Shown in pieces: positions 27,770 to 36,967 of a stretch of DNA of 64,000 nt; positions within the stretch are counted from its first letter, which is position 1; every line of letters begins with the position of its first letter. Origin of the DNA: Candidatus Uhrbacteria bacterium (GTDB taxonomy: Bacteria; Patescibacteriota; Patescibacteriia; SG8-24). The position numbers and the translations under genes are program-made. Under the pieces are notes generated by a model that did no database searches, was not told where the DNA came from, and saw only the letters and a program-made list of their open reading frames with translations. The stretch is taken from NCBI GenBank assembly GCA_016929435.1, contig JAFGIV010000013.1:15822-79821 (forward strand). The letters run 5' to 3'.

Positions 27770-29209
27770 TCAATTCGGCACGTCCCGCCCCAAAATGATC
27801 AGGATATCCGCGGACGGTTTTCCGGTTCCGGACGGGGCCGGGGAGACGGATATCTCCGGATCGGCGGTTCCCAGCCGCTTAGCCAGGTCCTCGATGTTCC
27901 CGGCCATTTTCCCGCCGGTGAGGTCCTGGATGGCCGTGCGGCTGCGGGCCTGGTTGCTGGCGTTGCCTATGTCGTGAATCCGGTAACCGAGGGTTTCCAG
28001 GGTTTTGGCGGTGTTGGCGGCCAATCCGGTTCGGGTGGTGCCGTTAAGGATCTCCAGCCTTATCTCGGACGGCTGGACGGCTTCCGGAGGATCGTCGTTC
28101 TTGGCCGTTTCCGTGGCGGTTTTCGGTGCGGCCACGATGTCGCTGGTTTCCCCGAACAGCCCTAGGGCCAACTGGCGCAGGCCGTTCCAGTCGCTGTTCC
28201 TGGGGACAAGGACATAGGCCCCGTTGACCGAGGCCGACATCAGCGGGGAATCCGGACCGTCACCGATGACCTTGTGGACGATCTGTCCGGGATCAACGGC
28301 CCGGCCGATCTTGGCCAGGCGCAGGATTTCCCCGAGCTGCAGGTTGGTCCTGAAATTGTCCCTGACGTCAGAGAGGAGGGAGGATACCGTTGCCGGATTG
28401 CGCAGGAACTTCAGGGTCAGCAGCTGGTCCTTCAGGGCCAGGAGCACCTTCTGCTGCCGTTTGGCCCGGGAAAAATCCGACCCTTCCCCATTGTTTCCGT
28501 GGCGGGATCGGGAATATTTAAGGGCCGTCTCCCCGTCCATCAGCTGCGTCCCTTTCCTGAACGACACCGCCTGGTATCCGTGGCTGTCGGTTGGGTAGGA
28601 ATAGTCCGTGAAATCCCGTTCAACATCAATTTCGACCCCTCCAAGGTCGTCGATGATTTTTCGGAATCCGCTGAAGTCGATTCGGACATGGTACGGTATC
28701 TCCATCCCCAGGAGCCCCTCGACGGTCGTTCGGGCCAGGTCTGCCCCGCTGCCCTCCTCGGCCGATTCGCCGTAGGCGTTGGCGGCGTTGATCTTCTGCC
28801 ACCCCCGTCCCTCAATTGGTGCCAGGAGATCGCGGGGGATGGAGAGCATGGCCACCCTGCTGTCCGATGGGCGGATGCTGGCGACGATGATGGTGTCGGT
28901 GAGCATCGGTCCGTCATGGCCCTTGCCGCCCATTCCCAGAAGCAGGATGTTGATCCGGTCTTCGGCTTCCCCCAGCAGGCGGCGGTCCGGACTGGCGATC
29001 AGGTGCATCTGACGGAAGATGGGGATGTCGTCCAGGCGGGTCAGGGCGGCGGCGGCCGTTTCCGTCAGGGAAAGGCGGCCCAGTCCGAAGGATACGGAGA
29101 ACATCAGGATCATGGCAAAAACCAAAAAGGCCCGGTTACCTTTCCGTCCCTTCCCCGTCGGGTTGGGGATGCGGGTGCCGTTCAGCAGGTTTATCTTGAC
29201 TGGATTCAT
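27770..29209 (-). CDS. LCP family protein with LytR_C domain
   Basis: NILLLG...TDTII...SIPRD...KINAA, SRSRH...SDFSRAKRQQ; C-terminal EILNGT...GLA...IILGRD. Confidence 0.92.
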   Translation of the reverse strand: MNPVKINLLNGTRIPNPTGKGRKGNRAFLVFAMILMFSVSFGLGRLSLTETAAAALTRLDDIPIFRQMHLIASPDRRLLGEAEDRINILLLGMGGKGHDGPMLTDTIIVASIRPSDSRVAMLSIPRDLLAPIEGRGWQKINAANAYGESAEEGSGADLARTTVEGLLGMEIPYHVRIDFSGFRKIIDDLGGVEIDVERDFTDYSYPTDSHGYQAVSFRKGTQLMDGETALKYSRSRHGNNGEGSDFSRAKRQQKVLLALKDQLLTLKFLRNPATVSSLLSDVRDNFRTNLQLGEILRLAKIGRAVDPGQIVHKVIGDGPDSPLMSASVNGAYVLVPRNSDWNGLRQLALGLFGETSDIVAAPKTATETAKNDDPPEAVQPSEIRLEILNGTTRTGLAANTAKTLETLGYRIHDIGNASNQARSRTAIQDLTGGKMAGNIEDLAKRLGTADPEISVSPAPSGTGKPSADILIILGRDVPN

Positions 29210-29340
29210 GTGAAGTTTCGCTTTCTGTATTATAATATACGAGTCAGCGCATAAATCAAGATGCGTTTCGGCCGCAGGGATGGCCGCGCGTTCTTAACTG
29301 ATGCGGTGGGGCAGGCCCCCGCCGTGTCGCCCCAAGCGTC

Positions 29341-30426
29341 ATGTCAAAGGTTTTCGTCACCGGAGTGGCCAGGGGCCAGGATCCGCAGCGGACAAAAAAG
29401 GCAATTGCCGAAGTTTTCCTGAAGGCCAGCAACGATTTGTCCTGGCTCAAGAAGGGTGATTTGGTCCTGCTGAAACCGGCCCTGAATTCGCCGGACCCGT
29501 ATCCGTCCACGACCGACCCGTTGGCGGTCGAGGCCGTGGCCGAACTGATCAAAGAGCGGGGCGGGCAGGTCGTTGTCGGCGACCAGAGCGGCATTGAGCA
29601 CGTCATTCAGACCGAAAGGGGGGTCTTTAGGGGCGATTCGGCCGATAATTTTCTGAAATCCGGAATGGGCAGGCCGGGACAGCATGAGTTTGCCGCCTTC
29701 GAGAAAGGGGACTGGAACGGCGGGTTCTATAATTTCAAACCGGAAGACGGCAGCCAGTGGCCGGACGGGTTTTGGGTTACCGAATGGATCCGCAGGGCCG
29801 ATCACATCGTCAACCTGCCGCGCCTGAGTACCCACTCCCAGGCCGGGGTCACTCTCGGTTTCAAGAATCTTGTCGGCCTGCTGCGTGAGGACAGCCGGAT
29901 GGAGTTTCACGCATCCGGCCCGATGTCGGTTTTTCCCCGCCTCTATGCGGCCGGAAGCGGCCTGAAGACGGGTTACGGGCGCCAGGGGGACTTTTGGAGA
30001 AAGGTTACGGAAATCAGCCTGGCGGTTCGGGACAGGATGAGGCTGACCTTGTTTTCCGGGACCAGGGCCCAGCTGACTTTCGGGCCGGACAGGAAGACGG
30101 TGGGGGTTTTTTCTGCCAAGGCCGTTGAGCCGGAGACCGGATTGGTTTTCGCCAGCGCCGATCCGGTGGCCGCCGAAGCGACGGCCATTGCCTTCATGTC
30201 ATTCCTTTACGGGCAATTGCCCCTGTCCGCCAGGATGCTCCAGAAATTACTGGTGGCCATGAACGGGAAGATCGGGGATTTGGGCCGCCAGCCGGTCTGG
30301 GACAACCCGTTTTTGCGCCACGCCCTGGATCTGGGGTTGGGGGAGAGGGCGGTTGACCTGGACATGACAGACGTGCCGGAAGGTTTGGTTGGGGAGATCG
30401 GGGGGAGGTTGGGACGACTGCCTTAA
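29341..30426 (+). CDS. DUF362 family protein
   Basis: VLLKPALN..P..TTDP, IVNLPRLSTH..AGVTLGFKNLVG, SADPVAAE. Confidence 0.8.
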   Translation: MSKVFVTGVARGQDPQRTKKAIAEVFLKASNDLSWLKKGDLVLLKPALNSPDPYPSTTDPLAVEAVAELIKERGGQVVVGDQSGIEHVIQTERGVFRGDSADNFLKSGMGRPGQHEFAAFEKGDWNGGFYNFKPEDGSQWPDGFWVTEWIRRADHIVNLPRLSTHSQAGVTLGFKNLVGLLREDSRMEFHASGPMSVFPRLYAAGSGLKTGYGRQGDFWRKVTEISLAVRDRMRLTLFSGTRAQLTFGPDRKTVGVFSAKAVEPETGLVFASADPVAAEATAIAFMSFLYGQLPLSARMLQKLLVAMNGKIGDLGRQPVWDNPFLRHALDLGLGERAVDLDMTDVPEGLVGEIGGRLGRLP

Positions 30427-30500
30427 TGCCGGACGGGTTGGTTTCGGTGCCATCCCAAAAACTTCCCTGTCAGACGTTGCTCCAACCGCAATACCGGGGC

Positions 30501-30529
30501 TTGACAACCGGATCCGAATAAGCTAGACT
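30501..30529 (+). promoter_or_regulatory. Sigma70-type promoter upstream of the GNAT leader
   Basis: TTGACA-17 bp-TAGACT. Confidence 0.55.
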
Positions 30530-30578
30530 ATTTTTGCCTATGGATTGCGTCTATATAGCAACTTGCCGCCATCATGCG

Positions 30579-30670
30579 GGTGTCCTGCCAGGATCCCTGC
30601 CTGATTTGTGCTGAAGTCCAGTTGTCCATTAGACACAAGCGGGTAGTAGGGGTCCTGTCAGGGACCTTTT
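30579..30670 (+). ncRNA. Candidate structured leader/ncRNA (long irregular hairpin)
   Basis: CAGGATCCCTGC pairs with GTAGGGGTCCTG (two G:U), stem extends on both sides, followed by TTTT. Confidence 0.4.
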
Positions 30671-30705
30671 GTGGTTTTTGGCCAAATTGGCCGGAAAGGA
30701 AAGCC

Positions 30706-31239
30706 ATGTTAGTTCGAAAATTCGTTCCTTCAGACCTGGAAACCTTGGTTTCCATGTACATCGGGTCATTTTCAGAGCCTCCCTGGTATGAGGTCATTAC
30801 CCGGGAAGAGGCGGAAAAGACGTTTTCAGGGGCAATGGCCTATGAGGAGTCCGTTATCTTGACCGGAACGGACGATGACGGCAATCGGCCCATCGGTTCG
30901 GCAATCATGTTTGCGGTCAGCCGCAGGCACGACGTCGTTTCGCTGCTTTCGGGCGAGGACCGAGAGGCTGCCTACCTGGCGGAGGTTTTCGTCCATTCGG
31001 ACCATCGCCACTCTGGGGTGGCCAGCCGCCTGATCGGGGAGATGATGATCAATGCCGCCGCAATGGGGTTCCGTCGGTTCGCCGTAAGGACCTCGGTTGA
31101 CCAGCCGATCATTCGGCGCATCTTCGGCAGACTGGGCTTCTCGGAGGTTGCCGTGGATAGCGTGGAATCGATGAAGCTGGTCGGCGGAGCGATCCGTTCG
31201 GTGCCGGACCGGCGAGTCATAATGTGCGGGGACACCTGA
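30706..31239 (+). CDS. GNAT family N-acetyltransferase
   Basis: YLAEVFVHSDHRHSGVASRL acetyl-CoA motif; SD-like GGAAAGGA before ATG 30706. Confidence 0.85.
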   Translation: MLVRKFVPSDLETLVSMYIGSFSEPPWYEVITREEAEKTFSGAMAYEESVILTGTDDDGNRPIGSAIMFAVSRRHDVVSLLSGEDREAAYLAEVFVHSDHRHSGVASRLIGEMMINAAAMGFRRFAVRTSVDQPIIRRIFGRLGFSEVAVDSVESMKLVGGAIRSVPDRRVIMCGDT

Positions 31240-31330
31240 TCCCGCTTTCCGTGGGGGGATGGCATCTCATCCCCCCACGCCTTCACCAATTAACGCCAGG
31301 GGCGAAACGGCAAATAACCTACAGGGCAAT

Positions 31331-32419
31331 ATGGACAAGGCAGTGGAAATCCTTCGGGAAATAGTCCGAATCCCGTCTTTTGTCGGGAACGGACAGGACG
31401 AGTCGGCCATGGCCGATGCCGTCCGGGAAATGCTTCGGGATTTGGGTGGCCGGTGGAAGGTTACCGAACAGGCGGTGGAAGGAAGGCGGCGCAACGTTTT
31501 CGTGTCCAATTCCCCTGATCCCAAGCTGCTGTTTTTGGCCCACATGGACACCGTGCCGCCGAGCGCCGCCTGGTCCAGGGACCCCTTTGCCGCCGAAATA
31601 GAGGGAGGCCGCCTCTATGGCCTGGGGGCGGTGGACATGAAGGCCGGGTTGGCCGCGATAGTCGATGCCCTGACGGAAAGGAAGGATACCGCCGTGCCGA
31701 CGGCCGCCCTGTTCTATGTGGGCGAGGAGTACGATTTTTGCGGCATGAGGAGGTTCATCGCCGAAAGTCGGCTGGCTCCGGAAACCGTCATCGTTCCCGA
31801 ACCGACTGACCTGAAGGTCTATCAGGGATGTCGGGCCGTGATCGGGGGCGTCATGACGGTAATCGGCAGGACCGGGCACTCGGCCATGAGCCGGGGGACG
31901 GTCAATGCCATTACGGCCGGGTTCCGGGCCCTGTCCGCCCTGGAACGACGCTTGGCCGAAGAGAGGGACGACCGTCTCGGGACATCCAGCCTTAACGTCG
32001 CCGGTTCCGCCGGCGGTGTCCGCCAGGACGGCCGGATCGCGATCGTGGAAAACATGGTCCCTGACTTTGCCCGGTTCAACTTTTCCGTCCGGGCCTCGAC
32101 CCCTTCGGCGGCGGATCTGTCTCTCATAACGAAGGTGGTGGGGCGGGAACTGGAGGGTTGCGGGGCAAAACTGGAGTCTTGCGATTGCCTGGGGACCGGT
32201 GTGATGAAATCCACCGGGAGGTTTGCGGGCTTTCCGGAATTCGAACGGGGGGACGAGTCGGCCTTCGGCTATACCGATTCGGAAATGCTGGTGTCGGCCT
32301 TCGGCGGCAACCCGGTCGTCTGCGGACCCGGACCGATGGGCATGGCCCACTGTCCGGACGAGTATGTTGACCTGGACGAATTCGGAAGGATGACGGATGA
32401 GCTGAGGAAAATGCTGTAA
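31331..32419 (+). CDS. M20 metallopeptidase (ArgE/DapE-like)
   Basis: AHMDTVP, YGLGAVDMKAG, GEE, EPT, GPG..AHCPDEYV. Confidence 0.9.
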   Translation: MDKAVEILREIVRIPSFVGNGQDESAMADAVREMLRDLGGRWKVTEQAVEGRRRNVFVSNSPDPKLLFLAHMDTVPPSAAWSRDPFAAEIEGGRLYGLGAVDMKAGLAAIVDALTERKDTAVPTAALFYVGEEYDFCGMRRFIAESRLAPETVIVPEPTDLKVYQGCRAVIGGVMTVIGRTGHSAMSRGTVNAITAGFRALSALERRLAEERDDRLGTSSLNVAGSAGGVRQDGRIAIVENMVPDFARFNFSVRASTPSAADLSLITKVVGRELEGCGAKLESCDCLGTGVMKSTGRFAGFPEFERGDESAFGYTDSEMLVSAFGGNPVVCGPGPMGMAHCPDEYVDLDEFGRMTDELRKML

Positions 32420-32440
32420 GGAAGGGTCCAAGACAGAGGA

Positions 32441-32530
32441 GGGGACTGTCCCCGGCAGGACCGGCTTTTTCGGACGGCACACGGGGTCCAGGACGGCGTT
32501 TTTAAGCCGGGGACTGTCCCTTGCCTTAAA
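32441..32530. repeat. REP copies 4 and 5, downstream of RAYT
   Basis: GGGGACTGTCCCCGGC (32441-32456) and TTTAAGCCGGGGACTGTCCCTTGCCTTAAA (32501-32530). Confidence 0.8.
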
Positions 32531-32533
32531 AGT

Positions 32534-33145
32534 TTAAACTCCGTCGAATTTCATCAAATTTGATTCTTCGGAAAAGCTCGTCAGATGACCGATCTCCATC
32601 CTGTGCTCGGTCAATTCCCTATGGGCCCGATGCCGGCTCAACGGATCATCGCCGATTGATAGGTATTGGTCGTCGAAAGTGATGATTCTGTCGTGCGGAG
32701 AAGAGGTGTGCCCACGGTAGCTGGTCCATCGGTATTGTTCCGGCCGTTCGCACAGGCCACTCCTTACGGGATTCAACTCTATGTAAGAAGAACAGGTTGC
32801 GAAGTAGATTTCGTCAGAAATCAGCTTACTTTTGAACCTGTCCTGCCACAGGTGTCCGATCCCGCCGTACTTGTTCCTGTGCCAGATCGAGTATCCCTGT
32901 TCGATCATCTTCATGGCCAAGGAAAGACATCCGGCATTTAGAGAATCGACCAGGAGATGATAGTGATTCGGCATCCAGGCATAATAGAATATCCTGATGC
33001 CTGTTTTTCGTTTGGCCCTAAGGATCAGCTGGCGGAATTTTAGACAGTCTTCATCGTCGTGAAACACAGGTTTTTTGTTGTTGCCTCGGTTATAGACATG
33101 AAATATCCCCACATCACCGATGACACCCCTTGGTTTTCTGGGCAT
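32534..33145 (-). CDS. REP-associated tyrosine transposase (RAYT, Y1/HUH)
   Basis: MPRKPR...FHVYNRGNN, MPNHYHLL (HUH), GHLWQDRFKS, YIELNPVRSGL, YRWTSY. Confidence 0.92.
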   Translation of the reverse strand: MPRKPRGVIGDVGIFHVYNRGNNKKPVFHDDEDCLKFRQLILRAKRKTGIRIFYYAWMPNHYHLLVDSLNAGCLSLAMKMIEQGYSIWHRNKYGGIGHLWQDRFKSKLISDEIYFATCSSYIELNPVRSGLCERPEQYRWTSYRGHTSSPHDRIITFDDQYLSIGDDPLSRHRAHRELTEHRMEIGHLTSFSEESNLMKFDGV

Positions 33146-33276
33146 AGTGCGATGTTTTTACGCCTTGCCCAGAAATATTGCAAATTCAATTTTTTAGCTT
33201 TGGTTGGCAAAAAGGGTTATACGGTTGATGTTTTGATTGAGCATTTCTCGTATTTGATTGTTGATAACCTGAAAAG

Positions 33277-33306
33277 TTTAAGGCAAGGGACAGTCCCCAG
33301 CTTAAA
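33277..33306. repeat. REP copy 6, upstream of RAYT
   Basis: TTTAAGGCAAGGGACAGTCCCCAGCTTAAA; reverse complement matches 32501-32530 at 29/30 positions. Confidence 0.85.
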
Positions 33307-33333
33307 AAATTTATAAACAGGTCGGCTTTTCGC

Positions 33334-33362
33334 TTGACACCAGAACCGATAGCTGGTATTTT
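33334..33362 (+). promoter_or_regulatory. Putative str operon promoter
   Basis: TTGACA-17 bp-TATTTT with TG extension. Confidence 0.5.
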
Positions 33363-33489
33363 ACGGCTAACGCGACTGCGATTTTTTTGTTGCGGTCCGC
33401 CTGTCCGTAAATAGCTGCTGCGGCGGGTGCGATGTCGTGGCTGACATCGGGCGCAAACCGTCATTATTAAGATAACCTGAAAATCGGCT

Positions 33490-33909
33490 ATGCCGACAAT
33501 GAATCAGCTGATTCGTCGGGGGCGCAAGACGGCCAAGGTGAAATCCAAGACACCGGCCCTTCAGTTCACCCTCGATTCGCTTCACCGCCGCAAGACCGAC
33601 CTGAAGAAGGGTTCGGCCTTCAAGCGCGGGGTCTGCGTCAAGGTCACCACCACCACCCCGAAGAAGCCTAACTCGGCCCTTCGGAAGATTGCCCGTGTCC
33701 GCCTGTCGAACGGCATGGAAGTCACCGCCTACATTCCCGGCGTCGGACACAACCTGCAGGAGCACTCCATCGTCATGCTGCGGGGCGGCCGCGTCAAGGA
33801 CCTTCCGGGTGTCCGGTACCACATTGTCCGGGGCGTTTATGATACCCAGGGCGTACAGAACCGCCGTCGGAGCCGTTCCGTCTACGGCGCCAAAAGGCCC
33901 AAGGCCTAA
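33490..33909 (+). CDS. rpsL: 30S ribosomal protein S12
   Basis: [23 protein letters not shown]. Confidence 0.99.
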   Translation: MPTMNQLIRRGRKTAKVKSKTPALQFTLDSLHRRKTDLKKGSAFKRGVCVKVTTTTPKKPNSALRKIARVRLSNGMEVTAYIPGVGHNLQEHSIVMLRGGRVKDLPGVRYHIVRGVYDTQGVQNRRRSRSVYGAKRPKA

Positions 33910-33925
33910 TTAAGGTCGAACGACT

Positions 33926-34393
33926 ATGAGAGGAAAGAAAGCGACAAGGCGCGAAATCCGTCCGGATTCCAAGTTCGGGAACCAGACCGTCGCCAAGCTC
34001 ATCAACTACATAATGCTGGACGGAAAGAAATCCGTCGCCCGGGGAATCGTCTATGAGGCCCTGGACACCGTCTCCAAGAGGACCGAGAAGGATCCCCTGG
34101 ACGTATTCGACGAGGCGATGAAAAACATCACCCCAACGGTCGAGACCAAGTCCAAGCGGGTCGGCGGCGCCAATTACCAGGTGCCAATGCCGGTTCGGGG
34201 CGAGCGTCGGATGGCGCTGGCCTTCCGTTGGCTGATCGAGGCCGCCCGCCGGAAGAAGGGGAAATCAATGGGTAGCCGCCTGGCCTCCGAGCTTATGGCC
34301 GCAGCCCAGGGGGAGGGCGACGCCGTCAAGAAGAAGATGGACGTCCATCGGATGGCCGAGGCCAACCGGGCCTTCGCCCACTTCTCCCGTTAG
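33926..34393 (+). CDS. rpsG: 30S ribosomal protein S7
   Basis: [29 protein letters not shown]. Confidence 0.99.
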   Translation: MRGKKATRREIRPDSKFGNQTVAKLINYIMLDGKKSVARGIVYEALDTVSKRTEKDPLDVFDEAMKNITPTVETKSKRVGGANYQVPMPVRGERRMALAFRWLIEAARRKKGKSMGSRLASELMAAAQGEGDAVKKKMDVHRMAEANRAFAHFSR

Positions 34394-34414
34394 CGGCGAT
34401 CCCGTCATCCTGAT

Positions 34415-36508
34415 ATGTCAAGACAATTTTCCTTGGATCGAATCCGGAACATAGGCATCATCGCCCACATCGACGCCGGGAAGACCACCTTCAGCGAACG
34501 GGTCCTGTTCTATACCGGAAAGAAGCACAAGATCGGCGAGGTGCACGATGGGGGGGCCACCATGGACTGGATGGACCAGGAACAGGAGCGGGGCATCACC
34601 ATCACCTCCGCCGCCACCACCTGCCTTTGGAAGGACCACCAGATCAACCTGATCGACACCCCCGGACACATCGACTTTACGGTCGAGGTCAAGCGGTCCC
34701 TGCGCGTCCTGGACGGTGCGGTCGTCGTCTTTGACGGCGTGGCCGGAGTGGAGCCGCAGTCCGAGACCAACTGGCGCTATGCCGACGATTTTCGCGTTCC
34801 GCGGTTCTGTTTCATCAACAAGCTGGACCGGACAGGGGCGGATTTTTACGCTGACCTGAAGTCCATCCACACCCGACTTACCCCGAACGCCTATGCCATG
34901 CAGCTGCCGATCGGGACAGAGGCCAATTTCGTCGGGATCGTGGATCTCCTGACCCGTCGGGCCGAGATATACAGGGACGACATGGGTAAGGACATAGAGG
35001 AAACCGACTGTCCGGAGGACCTTAAGCCGAAGATGGAGGAATACCGAGCCAGGCTGATTGAGGCGATCGTCGAGAACGACGAGGCCATGATGGAGAAGTA
35101 CCTGGCCGGTGAGGAGCCTTCGCTCCAGGACCTGAAGCGGGCCCTACGCAAGGCGGTCATCAACCTGAACGTCATTCCGGTGTTCTGCGGCACTGCCCTG
35201 AAGAACAAGGGCATCCAGTTCGTCCTGGATGCGGTCGTCGATTACCTGCCGTCCCCGCTGGACGTGCCGGCTGTCAAGGGAATCGACCCGCGCGACGACG
35301 AGAAGGTCCTGGAGCGCGACCCGAGCGACGACGAGCCGTTCGCTGCCCTGGCCTTCAAGATATACGCAGACCCGTTCGTGGGTAAGCTCTGCTTCTTCCG
35401 CGTCTATTCCGGTGTCCTGAAGGCCGGTTCCTACATCGTCAACACCACCACCGGAAACAAGGAGCGGATCGGCCGCATCCTGCGGATGCACGCCAACTCC
35501 CGGGAGGAGATCGAGGAGGTCAGGACCGGGGACATCGCCGCGGCCGTTGGCCTGAAGAACACCTTCACCGGCGATTCCCTCTGCGAGGAGGACCACCAGA
35601 TCACCCTGGAGAAGATGACGTTCCCCGAGCCGGTCATCCACCTGGCCGTTGAGCCGAAGACCAAGGCCGACCAGGAGAAGCTGGCCGTGGCCCTGCAGAA
35701 GCTGGCCGAGGAGGATCCGACGTTTACGGTTCGTACCGACGAGGAAACCACCCAGACGATCATCGGCGGCATGGGGGAGCTGCACCTGGACGTAATCGTC
35801 GAGCGGCTGCGGCGGGAATTCAGCGTGGAATGCAATACCGGCAGCCCGCAGGTCGCCTACAGGGAGACCATCACCAGGTCGGCCGAGGCCGAAGGCAAGT
35901 ACGTCAAGCAATCCGGCGGCCGCGGCCAATATGGCCACTGTTGGATACGGGTCGAGCGGATTCCGGAGGAAGAGCGGGCGGAAAAGGGCAATTTTGCCTT
36001 CCTTGACGAGATCAAGGGAGGCGTCATCCCGCGGGAATACATCCCGGCCATCGGTAAGGGCATCAAGGAGGCCATGGCGACCGGCGTGGTCGCCGGCTAC
36101 CCGATGATCGGCATCCAGGCTGCCGTATATGACGGCACCTACCACGACGTCGATTCCTCGGAGGTGGCCTTCAAGATCGCAGGTTCGATGGGCTTCAAGG
36201 ACGCCTGCCGGAAGGCCGGACCGGTTCTCCTGGAGCCGATCATGAAGGTGGAGGTCATCGTTCCCGAGGATTTCATGGGAGACTGCATCGGCGACCTGTC
36301 ATCGAAGCGCGGCCAGATCAAGGAGATGCGCGACCGCACCAACGGCATCAAGGCGATCGAGGCCTCCGTTCCGCTGTCCGAGATGTTCGGATACGCCACC
36401 CAGTTGCGCTCAATGACCCAAGGCCGCGGTTCCTATACCATGGAATTCAATTCCTACGAACCGGTCCCGAAGAACGTTGAGGAGGCCATCAAGGCAGGGA
36501 AGAAATAG
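34415..36508 (+). CDS. fusA: Elongation factor G
   Basis: [43 protein letters not shown]. Confidence 0.99.
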   Translation: MSRQFSLDRIRNIGIIAHIDAGKTTFSERVLFYTGKKHKIGEVHDGGATMDWMDQEQERGITITSAATTCLWKDHQINLIDTPGHIDFTVEVKRSLRVLDGAVVVFDGVAGVEPQSETNWRYADDFRVPRFCFINKLDRTGADFYADLKSIHTRLTPNAYAMQLPIGTEANFVGIVDLLTRRAEIYRDDMGKDIEETDCPEDLKPKMEEYRARLIEAIVENDEAMMEKYLAGEEPSLQDLKRALRKAVINLNVIPVFCGTALKNKGIQFVLDAVVDYLPSPLDVPAVKGIDPRDDEKVLERDPSDDEPFAALAFKIYADPFVGKLCFFRVYSGVLKAGSYIVNTTTGNKERIGRILRMHANSREEIEEVRTGDIAAAVGLKNTFTGDSLCEEDHQITLEKMTFPEPVIHLAVEPKTKADQEKLAVALQKLAEEDPTFTVRTDEETTQTIIGGMGELHLDVIVERLRREFSVECNTGSPQVAYRETITRSAEAEGKYVKQSGGRGQYGHCWIRVERIPEEERAEKGNFAFLDEIKGGVIPREYIPAIGKGIKEAMATGVVAGYPMIGIQAAVYDGTYHDVDSSEVAFKIAGSMGFKDACRKAGPVLLEPIMKVEVIVPEDFMGDCIGDLSSKRGQIKEMRDRTNGIKAIEASVPLSEMFGYATQLRSMTQGRGSYTMEFNSYEPVPKNVEEAIKAGKK

Positions 36509-36628
36509 TCCCCATCAAAAAAATCCAAGCATAAGATCGGCATCCCCGTCCGTCAGGCCATGGCCTGCGTGGGGGTGCCGATTTTGGATCAAAAAATCAC
36601 CCTCAGACGGTTTTTAGGAACGAATCAT

Positions 36629-36731
36629 TTTAAGGCGGGGGACAGTCCCCAGCTTAAATTCCGTTGGAAATTAGAGGTGACCGCTTAAATTTGGTTAGAT
36701 ACTTAAGGCAGGGGACTGTCCCCTGCCTTAA
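36629..36731. repeat. REP pair (REPIN-like), copies 7 and 8; degenerate copy 9 at 36908-36928
   Basis: TTTAAGGCGGGGGACAGTCCCCAGCTTAAA and perfect palindrome TTAAGGCAGGGGACTGTCCCCTGCCTTAA, ~44 bp apart. Confidence 0.8.
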
Positions 36732-36967
36732 AGTTTGCGGACTCCCGACACACGGCGGAGACGGGACACCGCCCCGAACATGACGGCGGTTCCGGTTATC
36801 GGCATGCGAAAAGCCACGGACGGTTCCGGGAATGAAGGAATCTTTGGTGATCCGGACGGATCAAGAAAGGGGCATGAGCAGTTATTCGAGATCTGACCTG
36901 CTACCGATAAGGCGGGGGATGTCCCCGGATTTGAGCAAAACCGTCAATTAAGCTAAAATCCCATCAT

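Noticed and set aside
29245-29340. tRNA- or riboswitch-like sequence upstream of the DUF362 gene
   Set aside because: No T-loop, D-loop or known aptamer consensus; only short hairpins
36740-36900. Possible decayed RAYT fragment between REP copies 8 and 9
   Set aside because: Only a faint by-eye resemblance to the RAYT C terminus; needs tblastn
9859-36928. Palindromic repeats as a CRISPR array
   Set aside because: Copies are scattered, not regularly spaced with unique spacers, and there are no cas genes
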